This document shows positions 34,199 to 47,075 of a DNA stretch of 64,000 bases, one piece after another. The notes under the pieces were generated by a model. That model was not told the origin of the DNA. It saw only the letters and a list, made by a program, of their open reading frames with translations, and searched no databases. The DNA lies in NCBI GenBank assembly GCA_964036045.1, contig OZ038379.1:6634001-6698000 (forward strand), written 5' to 3'. Each line of letters begins with the position of its first letter. The first letter of the stretch is position 1. This DNA is from Eutreptiella sp. 'Long Island Sound 2002' (lineage: Eukaryota > Protista > Euglenida). A program made the position numbers and the translations under genes.

Positions 34199-34397
34199 CC
34201 ATCCAGAGTGCACCAAGAAATAGCAGCAACCATCCAAAGCACACCAGGAAATAACAGAAATAACATCCAAAGTGCACCAAGAAATAATAGTAACCATCCT
34301 GAGTGCACCAGGAAATAACATGAACCATCCAAAGCGCACCAAGAAATGTGAGCAACCGTTCAGAACGCACCAAGAAATCATGGCAACCATCCAGGGC
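34199..34397. repeat. Degenerate tandem repeat, ~31 bp x ~6
   Basis: CATCCA(A/G)AG(T/C)GCACCA(A/G)GAAATA... units. Confidence 0.8.
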
Positions 34398-34706
34398 CCT
34401 GTGGGACTAACAGTGTTTGTCCAAAGCAATAGCAATGTCCATCAAGGACTTTGGACGTTGGCCTGCACAAAGATGCAATTTTTGTGGACAATGGACAGCA
34501 ATCATGCGGAAGCCTTCGGAAATAAGAAACAGTAATACGCGGGGCAGGGGTTGTGTGGCGCCGCCGTATTGTTTTGTCCACTACAAAATGATCCCCCATT
34601 GCCCATTCGGGGTCTTGACTGGTGTGCCCAGCTACCATAGGTTATGAGGGGGATCACATTTAGCACATATGGGAAGCAACAATGGACGATGTAGACCCCC
34701 TCCCCC

Positions 34707-35470
34707 TTGTCCATCTCTGCCCTTCCCCTTCAGATAGAAAAAATATTTTTTGGTTATTGTATTGGTTTCCAATCACCAGGTAGATGATTTTTGTTTACAG
34801 TACTGGCACCGTAAACATTTTTGCAGGGAGATTTCGCATTGAGAATTAATCTCTACACCAAACATTACAAAAAATGGGAGCATTGACAGTGTGTTCGGGT
34901 TTCATTTGATCAATGTTTCCCTCCTTGCAGTTGTGCAATTAGGGAGATGTCTTTTAAATTGTCTGGAGAATGCAACTTATAACTATCTGTCTTTTTGTGG
35001 ATCTGCTTTACACATTCCCCAAGGGTTGCCAATGACCCGTCGTACCATATCCAAACAAGGTCCACATCGTGCGCTACTAGTTTCGGCTGTTGCTAGAACT
35101 GTGTTTTTCAGATACAACTCGGTGTAGAGAAAATGCAAAATCACCTCGAAGAGAGATCAAGCGTAGTTGCGGACACCATACACCCCCTTTTGGGGTGTCA
35201 TTCGCGTATCCCTGACTGACTGCTTCCCTGACTGACTGACGGATTGGCTGACTGTCAGCCTCTCTTCGAGGCCCCTTGCCAAAGGCAATAGAATTTGACC
35301 GAGATTTGTCAATGTTTACAGCGCCACCGCCGTAAAATTTTCATTGGTCATACATTTCCGTTCCAGTCAGTTGGTGCCTTGTCGTGCGCATGTTTTCAAA
35401 AAGAGTGCATTTTTTACGGCGCCCTTGGGTTTGGGGGTTTACGGCTGTACGTGTGCGTGTGGTGCACCCC
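34707..35470 (+). repeat. Dispersed MITE-like repeat, copy 1 (copy 2 at 46491-47075)
   Basis: Shared blocks TTGTCCATCTCTGCCCTT, GCAACTTAT..CTATCTGTC, GATACAACTCGGT, ACCGAGATTTGTCA; ~155-bp extra segment in this copy. Confidence 0.75.
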
Positions 35471-35690
35471 AAGGCCAAAGTAGCGCATCTTCATGCAGAG
35501 CCCCCCCCCCCCCCCTGCCAACCCACCAAACACCTTGAGGAGGGAGGAAATGGGCAATGATGCATTTTTGGGGACGGGGGCGGGTCCCCTCCCCATACCA
35601 TGCTCCTTAGGGGGGGGGGGGGGGGCTTAGCGGGGGGTGGGGCGTTTTGCCATGGCATGGGAGCCCCCGCCCCCATGTAAACGCGAATTG

Positions 35691-35801
35691 GAAGGGAGCA
35701 GTGTGACAGGCAAAGACACCCGAGGGTTTGGTCGGGGTACTGTGCAGGCATCGTTTGCTGAGGAAGTAAATTGGAGAGCGCGCGGGGAGGCGGGGGGGGG
35801 G
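35691..35801 (+). repeat. 111-bp intronic repeat, inverted partner at 41174-41285
   Basis: GAAGGGAGCAGTGTGAC...GGGGAGGCGGGGGG versus its reverse complement, ~3 mismatches. Confidence 0.9.
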
Positions 35802-36049
35802 GAGCCGAGCTGCTGGCAGCCCAGATGCATGACGACTGAGCTACGTGACCTCATTGAAGTAGAGGAAGAGGAGCAGGGGAGCGGACAGAAGAAGGAAAAG
35901 GGCGGGGGATGGGAATGGAGGGACCAGCGCACCGGGCAGGCGGTGCTGATGCGGCTCCTCAGGCTCCGCCGCGTGTGCGGGCGGCCTCTACGCCCCCCTG
36001 CCCCTCCTCGCCTCTGGCCCGTGGGGCCTATCCCGCGCCCCTCTCGCAG

Positions 36050-37210
36050 GTGGGGCCGGCATTCGTGGTCCTGGGGCCCACCGGCTATGTCACCGACCCG
36101 GCCCCGGTGCCGCAGGACGTGCCCTTCACTCTGACGGTGGCGGGGCACGGGCTTTCCGAGTGGGACCAGTGGGACGTGGTGCTGACCGCCACCGAGGCCT
36201 GCGGCGACCACGCCCGAAACGTCACGGGGGCGGGCCTCAACGCCACCAACGACACGGTGCGCGTCGTGCTGGAGGCCCGGGACGCGGAGAGCTACACCGT
36301 GTGCTACAAGTTCCGGCACATGGCCTGGCAGGGACTGGGCGCGCCCCTGCTGGTGCGGTTCGGCGCGGCGGCCATCGGGACGGACCCAGCGCCGCTGCTC
36401 CCGTACCAGCGCTTCAACCTGACGCTGACCGCGGCCGGCCTCGCGGCCGGGGACAGGTACGCGCTGCGGTTCTACGCGGACGCGTGCCGCGACGCCGGGC
36501 CCGGCACCAACGTTACCGGCGAGATGCTCAACGGCACTGCGCTGACGGTGCCGGCCCTGAGTCTACCCGCCGGCGAGTACACTGTGTGCTATCAGCTCGG
36601 CGACCGGCTCTGGGTGCCCTTTGGGTTCCCCGACCTCGGCCCGGTGGTGGTGCGCGGCGCGGCGTACTTCCGCACCGAACCCGAGGAGGCCTCCAACCTG
36701 CTGGCCTTCACCCCGATCGTCACCGGAAACGGCATGTCGACCGGTGACCGGTACGCGGTGGTCGGTGGTACCGGGGACGTCGGCTACTGCGAGTCGCAGC
36801 TGAGCCCCACTGGCGGGGCGCCCGCGGCTCCCGTCGACAACACGACCGTTGTGCTCGCGGGAATGACCAAGAGCCCCGGGGATTTCACGGTGTGCTACCG
36901 CTTGGACGGGGACGTGTGGAACGCGGTGCCCCGGCGCACCGGCGAGCACCTGATTGTCGCCGGCGCGGTCTACGCCCTGAGCGACCCTGTGCCGGTGCTC
37001 GTGAACAGCAGCTTCAACCTCTGGATCGTGGGCTTCGGATTCGACGTGGCGGCGGACCGATACGCGATTCGGTCCGGGGCGGAGGGCTGCGCGATGGACT
37101 CCGGGGCAAACTTCTCGGCGGCCCAGGTCTCCGAGGACCGGACGCGCGTGTTCGTGCAGGGGGCGTTTGTGCCCGCCGCCGGCATGCGTGTCTGCTACAA
37201 CGCCCGACAG
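36050..37210 (+). CDS. Giant repeat surface protein, exon 3 (4 repeats)
   Basis: Acceptor CTCTCGCAG|, donor CAG|GTAGCG, phase 0/0. Confidence 0.87.
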
Positions 37211-38572
37211 GTAGCGCCTCTTCTTCTCCGTGGGTTGTGCACACGTGCTCATCCCCCCTGGAGGTGATGGATGACGGGCATGCCTGCCATCTGGAGTGTC
37301 TGTCCCCAACACCCAATCCGTGAGTACGTAACCAAGAGGATGTTCCTGGTGCGGGGTGTGTGTCCATGCGCGCGCGCGCGTGCGTGTGTGCGTTTGTTTG
37401 CGCGTGCGCGCGCGCGCGTGTGTGCTCTCACCTTTCTCCCTTGTGACTGTCTTGCCTACAGGTACACCTGTAGGCCTGCGTGTGCGCGGTCGCCCCCCTG
37501 CTACTCATTCAGGCAGATTCACGACAGTTCTTGTTGTGTGGTTGGGGGCTGGTGCCCAACAATGTAGGTGAACCATGGGCTCCGCTGTGGAGAGCTTGCG
37601 ATCTGTGGGGTTTGGGCGGGAGTGCACGCCTGTCTGTCTATCCATCTGTCTGTCAGTCTGTCTTTGCCCTGACAGCTTACACACCCTTTTGACTCTGCCA
37701 TAGAAGAAAAGACGCCAAGAGCTGCTCTGCGGCGCCTGTGGAGTCTTCTCCAGCCGCTTGTTTAGCGTTGTCTGCTTCTTTGTTTGTTTTCCTTGCAGAT
37801 CTCATCGCGTGTGTGTGCGCGCGCCCGTGCGTGCGTGTGTGCTGGGGTGTGTGAATGATGGCATTTTTCAGGTGAAGAGCCAAACAGCGTCGTCGATGGG
37901 CAGTTGGTGTACATGTGTGCGTGCGTGTGTGCGTGTTGAGCTGCCTGTACGTAGTTTTCTGCGCATGGGTGTACGTGCAAGCGCGGCACATTTGTGGGTA
38001 TGCCCGCAGGAAGTTGTCGGAATCGGTTGTTGGGCGCCTGCGGGTCATGAGTTGTGGCTGGCACTACAGCAGGTCCTGGCTGCTCCCGGGGTGCGCACTG
38101 TTGTACCCGAAGTGCTTTGCCGCCCATGCGCGAGTATCGTACGATTGTGGCTGGTCGCATGTGCGCGCCGCTCTACGGTGGGAAGCTTCGTGTCAGGCCC
38201 GGGCGTTTCGCCGCGGTGCCCTCTCCCGGGGGCCCGTATACCCTTGCCCGTGCTTGGGATTCGGGAGCGTTCACAAGCGGCGATTCAGTAGTTAAAGGCC
38301 AAAAATGGCATGTGGAGGGCGGACGAGGAGGTTGCTTTGGCCATCCGGGAAGCGCCGGAGAAGCGCTTGCCCATACAATGGCTGTACCCGGTCATTTGTG
38401 CATTGGAGGCTGCCTTGGACAGCTACGCAGTTGCTGAGTCACTTCCGGTGTTAGTGAGAAGGATACAAGCGGAAAAAAGCCCTTGATCACAATGCATAAC
38501 TAGACACCGCGCCCCCCCCCCAAGCCCACCCCTCACCTCCGCCCTGGCTGCCCCTTCCTCGTCCTTTTGTAG

Positions 38573-40093
38573 GTGGGGTGGCTGCTGACGGCCCTCCAGG
38601 GGCCCACGCTCAGCTTCACCACAAGCCCCGCGGCCCCGGTGCGGCTGACCGACTTCACGCTCACCCTCAGGGGCGCCACCGGCGCGCTGAGCGAGGGCGA
38701 CCAGTACGCCCTCGTGCCCGTCGCCCACGCGTGCCACGGCGCCCTCAACGTCTCCAACACGCTGGTCCTGGGCGCCGGCACCAACGCCACCGTCGCGAGC
38801 GACGCCTTTGGCTCGAGCCTGACGGTCGCCGCGGTGAACGTGCCGGCGGGCGCGTACCACATCTGCTACGCCCCCGCGGGGCAGGCCTGGGTGCACCACC
38901 AGGAGCTGCGCGTCGCTGGGGGCGTCTCTTGGAGCACCGCAGGGTCGCCCGCGCACGGCGTCCCGTTCGCCATCGAGTTGCAGGGCTTCGGGCTGAGCCG
39001 CAATGACTCTGTCAAGGTCGTGCCATCGGGCGCGGAGTGCGGCGTGTGGCTGGGAGGCCCGTGGGTCCCGGGCGCCAATCTGACGGACGGCATGGTCGAC
39101 GCCGCCGGGGAGGCCGCGACGCTGCCGGGGCTGCAGCTCCCGGCGGGCCTGTTCGACGTCTGCCATGACCTCAACGGGTACGGGGCGTTGAGGCTGCCGG
39201 GGTCGCTTGTGGTGGCCGGCGCGACGCGCTGGGGAAGCGACCCGGCGCCGCCCGCGCGCGCGTCGAACTTCACTTTCGTCGTTTACGGGCACGCGCTGTC
39301 GGCCGACGACCGGGTCAAGCTCGTCGACACGAGTGCGCACGCGGACTGCCACAACGACACGCACCCGGGGGCGGAGGTGTCGGCCCCCGACCCGGACCGC
39401 GAGAACTCCGTGAACGTCACGGACCAGCGGCTGGACGCCGGGCGGTACCTCGTGTGCTACAACGTCCGCAACACGACGTGGGTGCCGCAGCCGCAGCCGC
39501 TGGACGTGTTCGGCGCGTCCGGCTTCAGCACCACCCCGGCCCTGCTCCTCCGAGACGTGGACTGGCTGATCGCCGTGCGGGGCCATGGGCTGGGCCCCGG
39601 CGACGCAATCGCCCTCGTCGCGGGCGCCGACGAAGCCTGCGCCGCGGCCGTCTATGCCCCGGTCTACACGCACAACGTGACCGCTCTGGAGGCCGTGACC
39701 GTGGACGGCGTCAGCACCGTCAACGTCACGCGCCCCGTCCGGCTCCCCGCCGGGCCCTACACCGTGTGCTACCGGCTCTTCGCGCACGCCGAGCGGGACG
39801 ACACGGACCCGGTGTGGGTCATGGTCGGGGACCCCCTGGAGGTGCTGCCGGGGGCGGGCGCCTACAGCGTCGCGCCGGCCCAGGCGGCGGACAACACGCT
39901 CTTCTCCATCACCTTCACCGGCACCAGCATGGCCAACGGCGACCGCTTCGCCTTCGCTCAGGGCGGCTGCGGCGGCCTCAGTCCGGGGTCATCGGGAATC
40001 ACGGTGGCCGGGGCCGCCGGGGATGGGACGTCAGTGACGGAGGTTGGGTTGCAGCTCGCCGCTGGCGTATACGATGTGTGCTACAGCCTCCAG
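38573..40093 (+). CDS. Giant repeat surface protein, exon 4 (5 repeats)
   Basis: Acceptor CCTTTTGTAG|, donor CAG|GTATGG, phase 0/0. Confidence 0.88.
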
Positions 40094-41173
40094 GTATGGA
40101 GTGGTTGTCAGAGGGGTGGTTGTCAGGCCGGATGAACAACAAAGTCCGTTTGGACTACTGTTGATCAAGAACTTCGTTCTGACCCGTTTTCGGTGAACAC
40201 GGTTTTTGTGGGCCCAGTATGCCCATGTTTGGCAGCCTGTGGTCTTGCCGAGAGTCGCCCATGGGCCGTTTCAAAGATGCGAAATTGCTGCTTGCACTCA
40301 AAATTGCCAACACGGGTTGGCTGAAAAACCGAATTTTCAAGTGACCCCTAATGACCCCGAGGGAAGTTGGGTTTTCACTTCTGGGGGACCCCCGAAAACT
40401 GGTGGGTGGTTCGGGAAAAGGGCTCAATTGACAGGACCATTAATAAGTCATTATGAACTCTGGCGCCGAAGGCGCCGAAAATGTTTTTGAGCATTGAAGA
40501 TGGTCAATTTTTTTTTTCACCAAATACATGGCAAATGTTGTTTTTTCTCAACCCCCTCGACGCACTGATTCCAAACATCTTATTTTCCCAAATTTTGGGT
40601 CCGGGTCACCTCCGGGCCCAGCATCGGTACGATTTTTGGGGGGCCCGTCAATTGAGCGTTTTTTTTGGGGGGGGTCTAGCCAGAGGGCTGTATCCAACCC
40701 CCCCCCCCCCCGGAGACGAAAGCCCGTCCACCCCGAGGTATATTTGAACCAGGGTTTGGGTCATCGTTTGGTAACCATGGAAGTGCATATTATTATGGCC
40801 TAACAATTCATTTTTGACCCCTTTTGGTCAATCCACTGGGGTCCGGACACCCAGTCAATAGATAAATTTCATACAATGCCCTTTGGCCAAACAATCCAGT
40901 GCGGACCCATGGTCGACAGCTCGGCGTTGTACAGGTCTGTGCAGGTCTGCGAAGGGTTGTGTACGAAGAGGTGCGCTCGGGGTTGTCCCAATGACGGAGT
41001 TGTCATGACTGGAGGAGAGGGCTGTGGAGGCCTGTGGAGGGGCGCTGAGAAGCCCAGAGGGCACGCGTGGGCGCGCGCGCATTCAACAACGGAGGGTGGG
41101 GTCTGAGATTTTTGACCCACGCAGCTCGGCTGCCCGCCCCCCCCCAGATCAGATACCGAGGCCTTGTGCCAAA

Positions 41174-41285
41174 CCCCCCCCCCCGCCTCCCCGCGCGCTC
41201 TCCAAGTTACCTCCTCAGCAAACGATGCCTGCACAGTACCCCGACCAAACCCTCGGGTGTCTTTGCCCGTCACACTGCTCCCTTC
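41174..41285 (-). repeat. Inverted partner of 35691-35801
   Basis: See partner; ORF-track peptides GSSVTGKDTRGFGRGTVQASFAEEV occur on opposite strands. Confidence 0.9.
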
Positions 41286-41975
41286 GCGCCTCCCAAGGAG
41301 TGCACTGCGCTTGAGGGGGTCCCTATCGCTGCTGGGGCCCGGAGCGGTCTCCCACTTGACTGAACGTGGGGGCGGTCCGTGCCCTGTTTGGCGTGACGCC
41401 CCCATCTGCATTGCTGTGCAGGCCTGTTGGCATCATGCAGCGTTGCTGGGGGTTTTTCTAATAAGTTTCTGAGGGCTGATGAGGGGCCAACGGGCTTTGA
41501 AGGGACGCTCCAAAGCTGGAGCGGAGGCTGGAGCTGAGACTCCGCAAGTGCGGCGCGATTGGAACGTGCGCCGTTCTGTCATACAATTCAGCCCCCGCTG
41601 GGTGGGTGGGTGGGTGGGTGGGTCTGCACCGCCCCAGCCCCCCCTTTGCTTGTATGGGCCCTGAGGTACAACCTTTCGCTGCTCCAGGCAAAGCCTTTTG
41701 GAATTCTCCTCCCCCCGCCCCAGTTCTTCCGTCTTCTTTGTGATGCACGCCTGATGGGCCTGGGCGTGTGCGGTGAGGCTGTAGGGCATGAAATACGGGT
41801 GCCTTGAACACTCAGCGGGAGCATTCGAAGAACAAGTAGCAAGCGCGGGAGAAAAGGCTGCAACCCACGATCAAGGCCCCACCTCTCCAGGGTTCACAAG
41901 CAGAAGCGGCAGCCGCGACAACAGCACGAATGGCATCGATACTTCTTGGGTTTTGTTTTAATTTTTTTTTTGATT

Positions 41976-42047
41976 TTTTGAATTCTCGGAAAATTTTGAA
42001 TTCTCAGAAATTTTTGAATTCTCGGAAAATTTTGAATTCTCGGAAAT
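41976..42047. repeat. Tandem repeat 4 x 18 bp
   Basis: TTTTGAATTCTC(G/A)GAAA(A/T) x4, no spacers. Confidence 0.93.
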
Positions 42048-42262
42048 TTTTGGGACGAAATTCCCAAAATGCAAATTTCAAGCAACGGCTGACTATTGAG
42101 GGCCCCATAGAGAGCCGTAGACGTGGCGTTGCCGCATGCGGCAAGGGTTGTGGAGGGCGTGAGGGCGTCGCAAGGCAGTGGTGGGCGAGGGTGGACCAGG
42201 ACCCCCCGGCATGTGCCGCCGGGTTGACGAACCGCGTGGGTTGATGGCTCCACAATCCGCAG

Positions 42263-42721
42263 GGGCTCGACTTCCTGGAGGTGGGCGGGAACCTGACGGT
42301 CGCCGGGGCCGCCGCGTGGACGACGGATCCGGCCGCAGTGGAGAACTACGAGAATTTCACGGTGACGATCACCGGGTTCAACCTGAGCGCCGCCGACAAG
42401 TACGCCGTTGTCAACGCGCGGACCAGTCTCAGCGGCTGCGACCAGCCGTCGAATCCCGCCTACGTCAGTGACGCTGCCGTGGACGGTTTGTCGGTGGGCA
42501 TCCCGGGCCTCCTGGCGCTGCCGGCGGGCGTGTACCTGATCTGCTACAACACGGGGGGCATCTCCTATTTGGATTCCGCGGCGCCGTACGTGGCCGTTGG
42601 GCCGCCGCTCCGCGTCCAGGGCGTGGAGTTCTTCTCGTCCGACCCCACGCCCCCCACCGACGACGCGCCGTTCACCGTTACATTCCACGGGCTTGGGCTC
42701 AACACGACGGACCGGTACCAG
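42263..42721 (+). CDS. Giant repeat surface protein, exon 5
   Basis: Acceptor AATCCGCAG| gives CYSLQ|GLDFLEVGGNLTV; donor CAG|GTCGTC (could slip by one codon); phase 0/0. Confidence 0.8.
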
Positions 42722-44220
42722 GTCGTCCTTGGGCTGGGGTGGGCGTTGATGTGGGAGTCAGCGGCGTTTCGAGGGGGGGGCAGCGGAGGTGAAACGTTGT
42801 GCTGGGTAGGGGGGCGGGCCATTCGGGACCCGCAGATGCAGCATGTAGAGGGTGGCGGTTTGGAGACGGTTTTCTCGTGCCGATAGCACGGTGGTATGCA
42901 CGCAGTCGTCCCCCCCCCCCCCCACAACCCACACCTTCCCTGGTCTACAAACATGTCGACAGTGTCTACAATCAGCAGACCGCGTCTACTTGTATCAGGT
43001 AGTGTTTACAACCCACAGAAGGTGTGGTCATTGCCCCGCCCCCCCCCCCTCTGCACGTGCAGCCTGGCGTTGCACCAAGTACGAGCGTTGAAGTACATTC
43101 CCTTGTAAAGGTATGGTGCGGTATGCAAGAACGCTGACTATGTGTCAAAAGCCCCCCCCCTCATGCGATACATGGATGGCAGAGCACAGCGTGAATCGTG
43201 CAGAGGGTGCACGGCCAAGTGCTGGATGTGCAGCGCGCAAAGTGCAATGTGGAATGTGTGTTGTGGATGAGTGTGCCGTCGGATATGCAGAGAGTGCCAG
43301 GGTGGGTGTAGTGAACACGCTGCCGTGTGTAGAGTGCACAGGGGTGCAGTGTAGAGTGTGGAGTGCCATGTGCTGGATGTGCGGTGGGCAGTGGGCGAAG
43401 TGCAGTGCAGGGGTACAAGTGAGTGGTGTGCAGTGAGATGTGCACAGTGTGCCTTGTGGAGAACAGTGTGCAGTCGTCAAATATGTGGCGTGCAGAGCGT
43501 GAAATCGTGAGTCCAGTGCGCGGTGTGTAGTGTGCGCACTGTGGAGTGCACTGTAGTGCAAATTGCACCACCTGCCCCACCACTTGGGTCCCGGTGTTCA
43601 GTCTTGTTGAGGTCTGGGCCCCATTCCCTTCCCGGTGCGCTACCTGGCCTGGCCACTGGCGGGGGCACACACCGTGCGCTGTGCGACAAGTAGGCTATTC
43701 TGGACCCGTTTCCCCCGATGGCCAAGGTGACCGCAGTAACTACGGTGTTCCCCTACACAGGACTACTGAGATTCTTACTCAGATCAGAAAATCAGACGAC
43801 GCGTTGAAACAAATGGTGTTTCGCACTGAAAATGCCAGAATGCTGTCTGAATCTGCTGTGTTTGCCCCGTGGGCGTGGCTTCCCCAGCGGTGGGTGGCTT
43901 TCAGGGTGGTCACGCAAATGCTGACTTTCTATTGGGCGCTGTGCCCGCGCTGTGCAGAAACGACCCCCTGGATAGCAGCGCCTCTGGCGCAACGCTGCCA
44001 CCCTCAAAAGCCTGCAACAGCTCTCGACTGGTGGGCACAGTGTCGCGTGTCTGAGGGGTGTGCAATCAGAAGGTTGTTGAGGGTTGTGGAGAGGTGCCCA
44101 GGGGTGATGGAGGGGGTGTGCGAGGTCGTGGAGGGTTGGAGGGGTAAGAGGATCGACCAGGACCTTCCCTAACTTCGGAACAAAAAGCCGACATCGCACC
44201 CTCTCGCACCCTCCGCTCAG

Positions 44221-44998
44221 GTTGTGGTGGGGACCTGCGTCAACGTCACGGACGGCACCAGCACCGGCGTGAACTTGACGGACATCTCAGGGGACGGGCT
44301 GGTCACGGTAGGGCCCTTTACCCCGGGGCCGGGCTGGGCCGTGTGCTACAGCTTCAACGGGCAGGAGTACCAGGTGGTGGACTTCGGCGGGGCCGTGGGG
44401 TGGGCCTCGGACCCGAGTCCCCCGTACCCCGAGGCAGACTTCGACCTCGTCGTCACCGGCGCCAGCCTCTCGGTGCTCGACAAGTTCGCCTTCGTCCCGG
44501 GCGACGCCGTCGGCTGCGCGCCCGCGACGTCCGGCGACGCGCGGCCCTACAACCTCACCGCGCCCGATGTGGCCCCGTCCCGCGCGCGCGTGAACGTCAC
44601 CGCCGGAACGGCGCTGTCCGCCGGGATGTACACCGTGTGCTACGCCGTGGACGCGACGCGGTTCGTCTCTATCGGGCACACCTTGACGGTTGGGGGCGCG
44701 ACTGGGTTCGCCTCCACGCCCAGCTTTCCCAAGCAGTACACGGGCTTCACGCTGCGGCTGGACGGGTACCTGTTTGGCGAGGGTGACCGGTGGGCGGTGG
44801 TGCCGCAGAGCGAGGGGTGTGCAGTGGCGGCAGAGGCGCGCGCGCGCAACGTCAGCGGGGCGACGTTCGCGATGGACGCGTACAACGTCACATCGTACAC
44901 GGTGGCGGCCGACGGGCAGGACGCGGGGTACCATGACGTCTGCTACGATTTCCAGGGATCCGGGTGGCTAAAGGTGGGCACAACACTCCGCATCGACG
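44221..44998 (+). CDS. Giant repeat surface protein, exon 6
   Basis: Acceptor CTCCGCTCAG|, donor G|GTATCT, phase 0/1. Confidence 0.87.
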
Positions 44999-46490
44999 GT
45001 ATCTATTGTGTCCTCTGATGGTTCTTGTCTCCTTTTGTCCCCGTTTGTGGTTGCTTGTTGTTTTTGTCGGGTTTTACTTGTTGTTGCTTGCTGTTGCTTG
45101 GTTTTACTTTTTGTTGTTTGTTTGTTCTTGCTCTTACTTGTGGTTGTTGTTTTTTGTTACTTGTTACTCTTTGGGTGCACTATGTGGACGCATAGAGCTG
45201 TAAAGTTAGGCTGCGCGGGGGCAAAAAGTGCCATAAACGCCACAGAGATCCATTTGGCCAATGCCAAAAGAGGGGTGGTAGGCGGATTGACACAGTTCTA
45301 ACGCAAACGTTTACGGCACCATTGCCGTAAACGTTTACGGCGCCACCACCATAAAGCGGCACGGGTATTGGAGGGGAAGCTTTTAGGTAGCAGGAAGACG
45401 TGCCCCCCCCCCCCCCAGAGGAATAGAGACTACACCCCCTCTCCCTTCTCTTCATCTTTCCACAGGCAAGAACCAACATGATCAAATAATTAGGCAATGG
45501 TGTTGAGACGATGGTGTGGACAGTAACAGCCTGCCTCAGGCCGGCCAGGTCATTTCCGAGGCAGGGCAGAGATGGAGAATTTGGGGCACCTGCGTAGCCC
45601 ACTAGGTACGGGAAAGCATTTTTACAGCGCTCCCGCCGTAAAACTGTACGGTGTTGCCGCCATAAGTTTGTGTATAGGTCCTTGATTGCCGGCGCAATGG
45701 TCTCAAAAATGTCATACCGCAACAGGAAAGCACTCAGTTGCACACTCTGGATATGAATAGAATAGGGCGCTCTCAAGAAATATATAGTAATCAAAATTTA
45801 GGGCTTTGGTGAAATTGAGCTCATAGGCCATCTATTTGGCTACTTACGGTGTTGGTTAGTGGTGTTAGGCCGTACAATTTTTCCTGCGGATATTATAGAT
45901 ATTGCAGATATTGTTTTCTGCGAAAACAAATCCTGTTGATGGGCAGCATGCAGTTTTGCCAGTGGACATGCTTTTGCATGTGTGTTGGGGTGTCTAGAGA
46001 AGGTGGAGGGGGGGGGGGTAATGGGATAAAATTGTGCATTGGGTTGGCCTCAAAAGGCATCAAAATGGCACCCCGCGGTGGTAAGCGCTGCTTTGCAGCC
46101 AAGGAGCCCGTAGTGTCTGACGGCGAGATAGAGGAGATTGGTGCAACGGCCGCCCCTGCAGTGGTCAGTTAAGAACCCCGGGATGTACCCGAGGACAAGT
46201 TGAGTGATGGTGACGCCAAATTTGGTGCAGTGGGAAATGACAAAATTGAAGCGGGTGCCGTAACACCCATCTATGAGGACCCTGCCAAGCAGGATACCAT
46301 TAGAGTACACAGGACACGGGTTTTGATCCTGCACCTGCAACAGATAAGGACTTGGACTTTGATGTGACGTCAGATGTAAGAACCGGTGGGGGGGCTCATT
46401 GTGTGTAGGGGTGACCACATGGTTAGCTCTGAGAGGGGATGACTGGTAGCATAGCATTGGTATAAGTGAACCATGCAGGTTCCTTCCAAT

Positions 46491-47075
46491 TTGTCCATCT
46501 CTGCCCTTCTCCTTCAGACAGAGAAATATTTTTCAGTCCTAGTATGGGTTTTTAATCACTAGGCCAACACCGTAAGCATTTTTGCGCTGAGATGTGCCAT
46601 TGAGGGTTAATCATTACACCGAAAATTAAAAAAAATGCGAGCATTGAACGACTGTTTGGGGCACATTTGATCAATATTCCCCTCGCTGCAGTTGTCCAAT
46701 TAGGGGGACGTCTTCTGGCTTATCCGGGTCATGCAACTTATAGCTATCTGTCCTTTTGTGGATCTCTTTTACATTTCCCTGGGGGTGCCAATGACCTGTC
46801 GCAGCAATTCCGAACAAGGTCCGGATCCCGCACTATTAGTTTAAAGCGCCGCTGGAGCTGTGTTTTTCAGATACAACTCGGTACAGAGAAAATGTAAAAT
46901 TCGACCGAGATTTGTCAGTTTTTACGGTGCTAGCACCGTAAAATTTTCATGGGTCATACATTTCCGTTCCACGGGGCTAAAGCCCTGTCGTGTACTTGTT
47001 TTTAAAAAGAGTGCATTTTTTACGGCGCCCTGGGTCTGGGGGTTTACAGCTGTACGCATGCGTGTAGTGCACCCC
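46491..47075 (+). repeat. Dispersed MITE-like repeat, copy 2
   Basis: Homologous to 34707-35470. Confidence 0.75.

Noticed and set aside
29706-45018. Long antisense or alternative-frame ORFs over the exons (e.g. 38423..39787-, 36563..37312-, 44287..44934-)
   Set aside because: Shadow ORFs expected from very high GC3; only the + frame shows the repeating domain and compatible splice phases.
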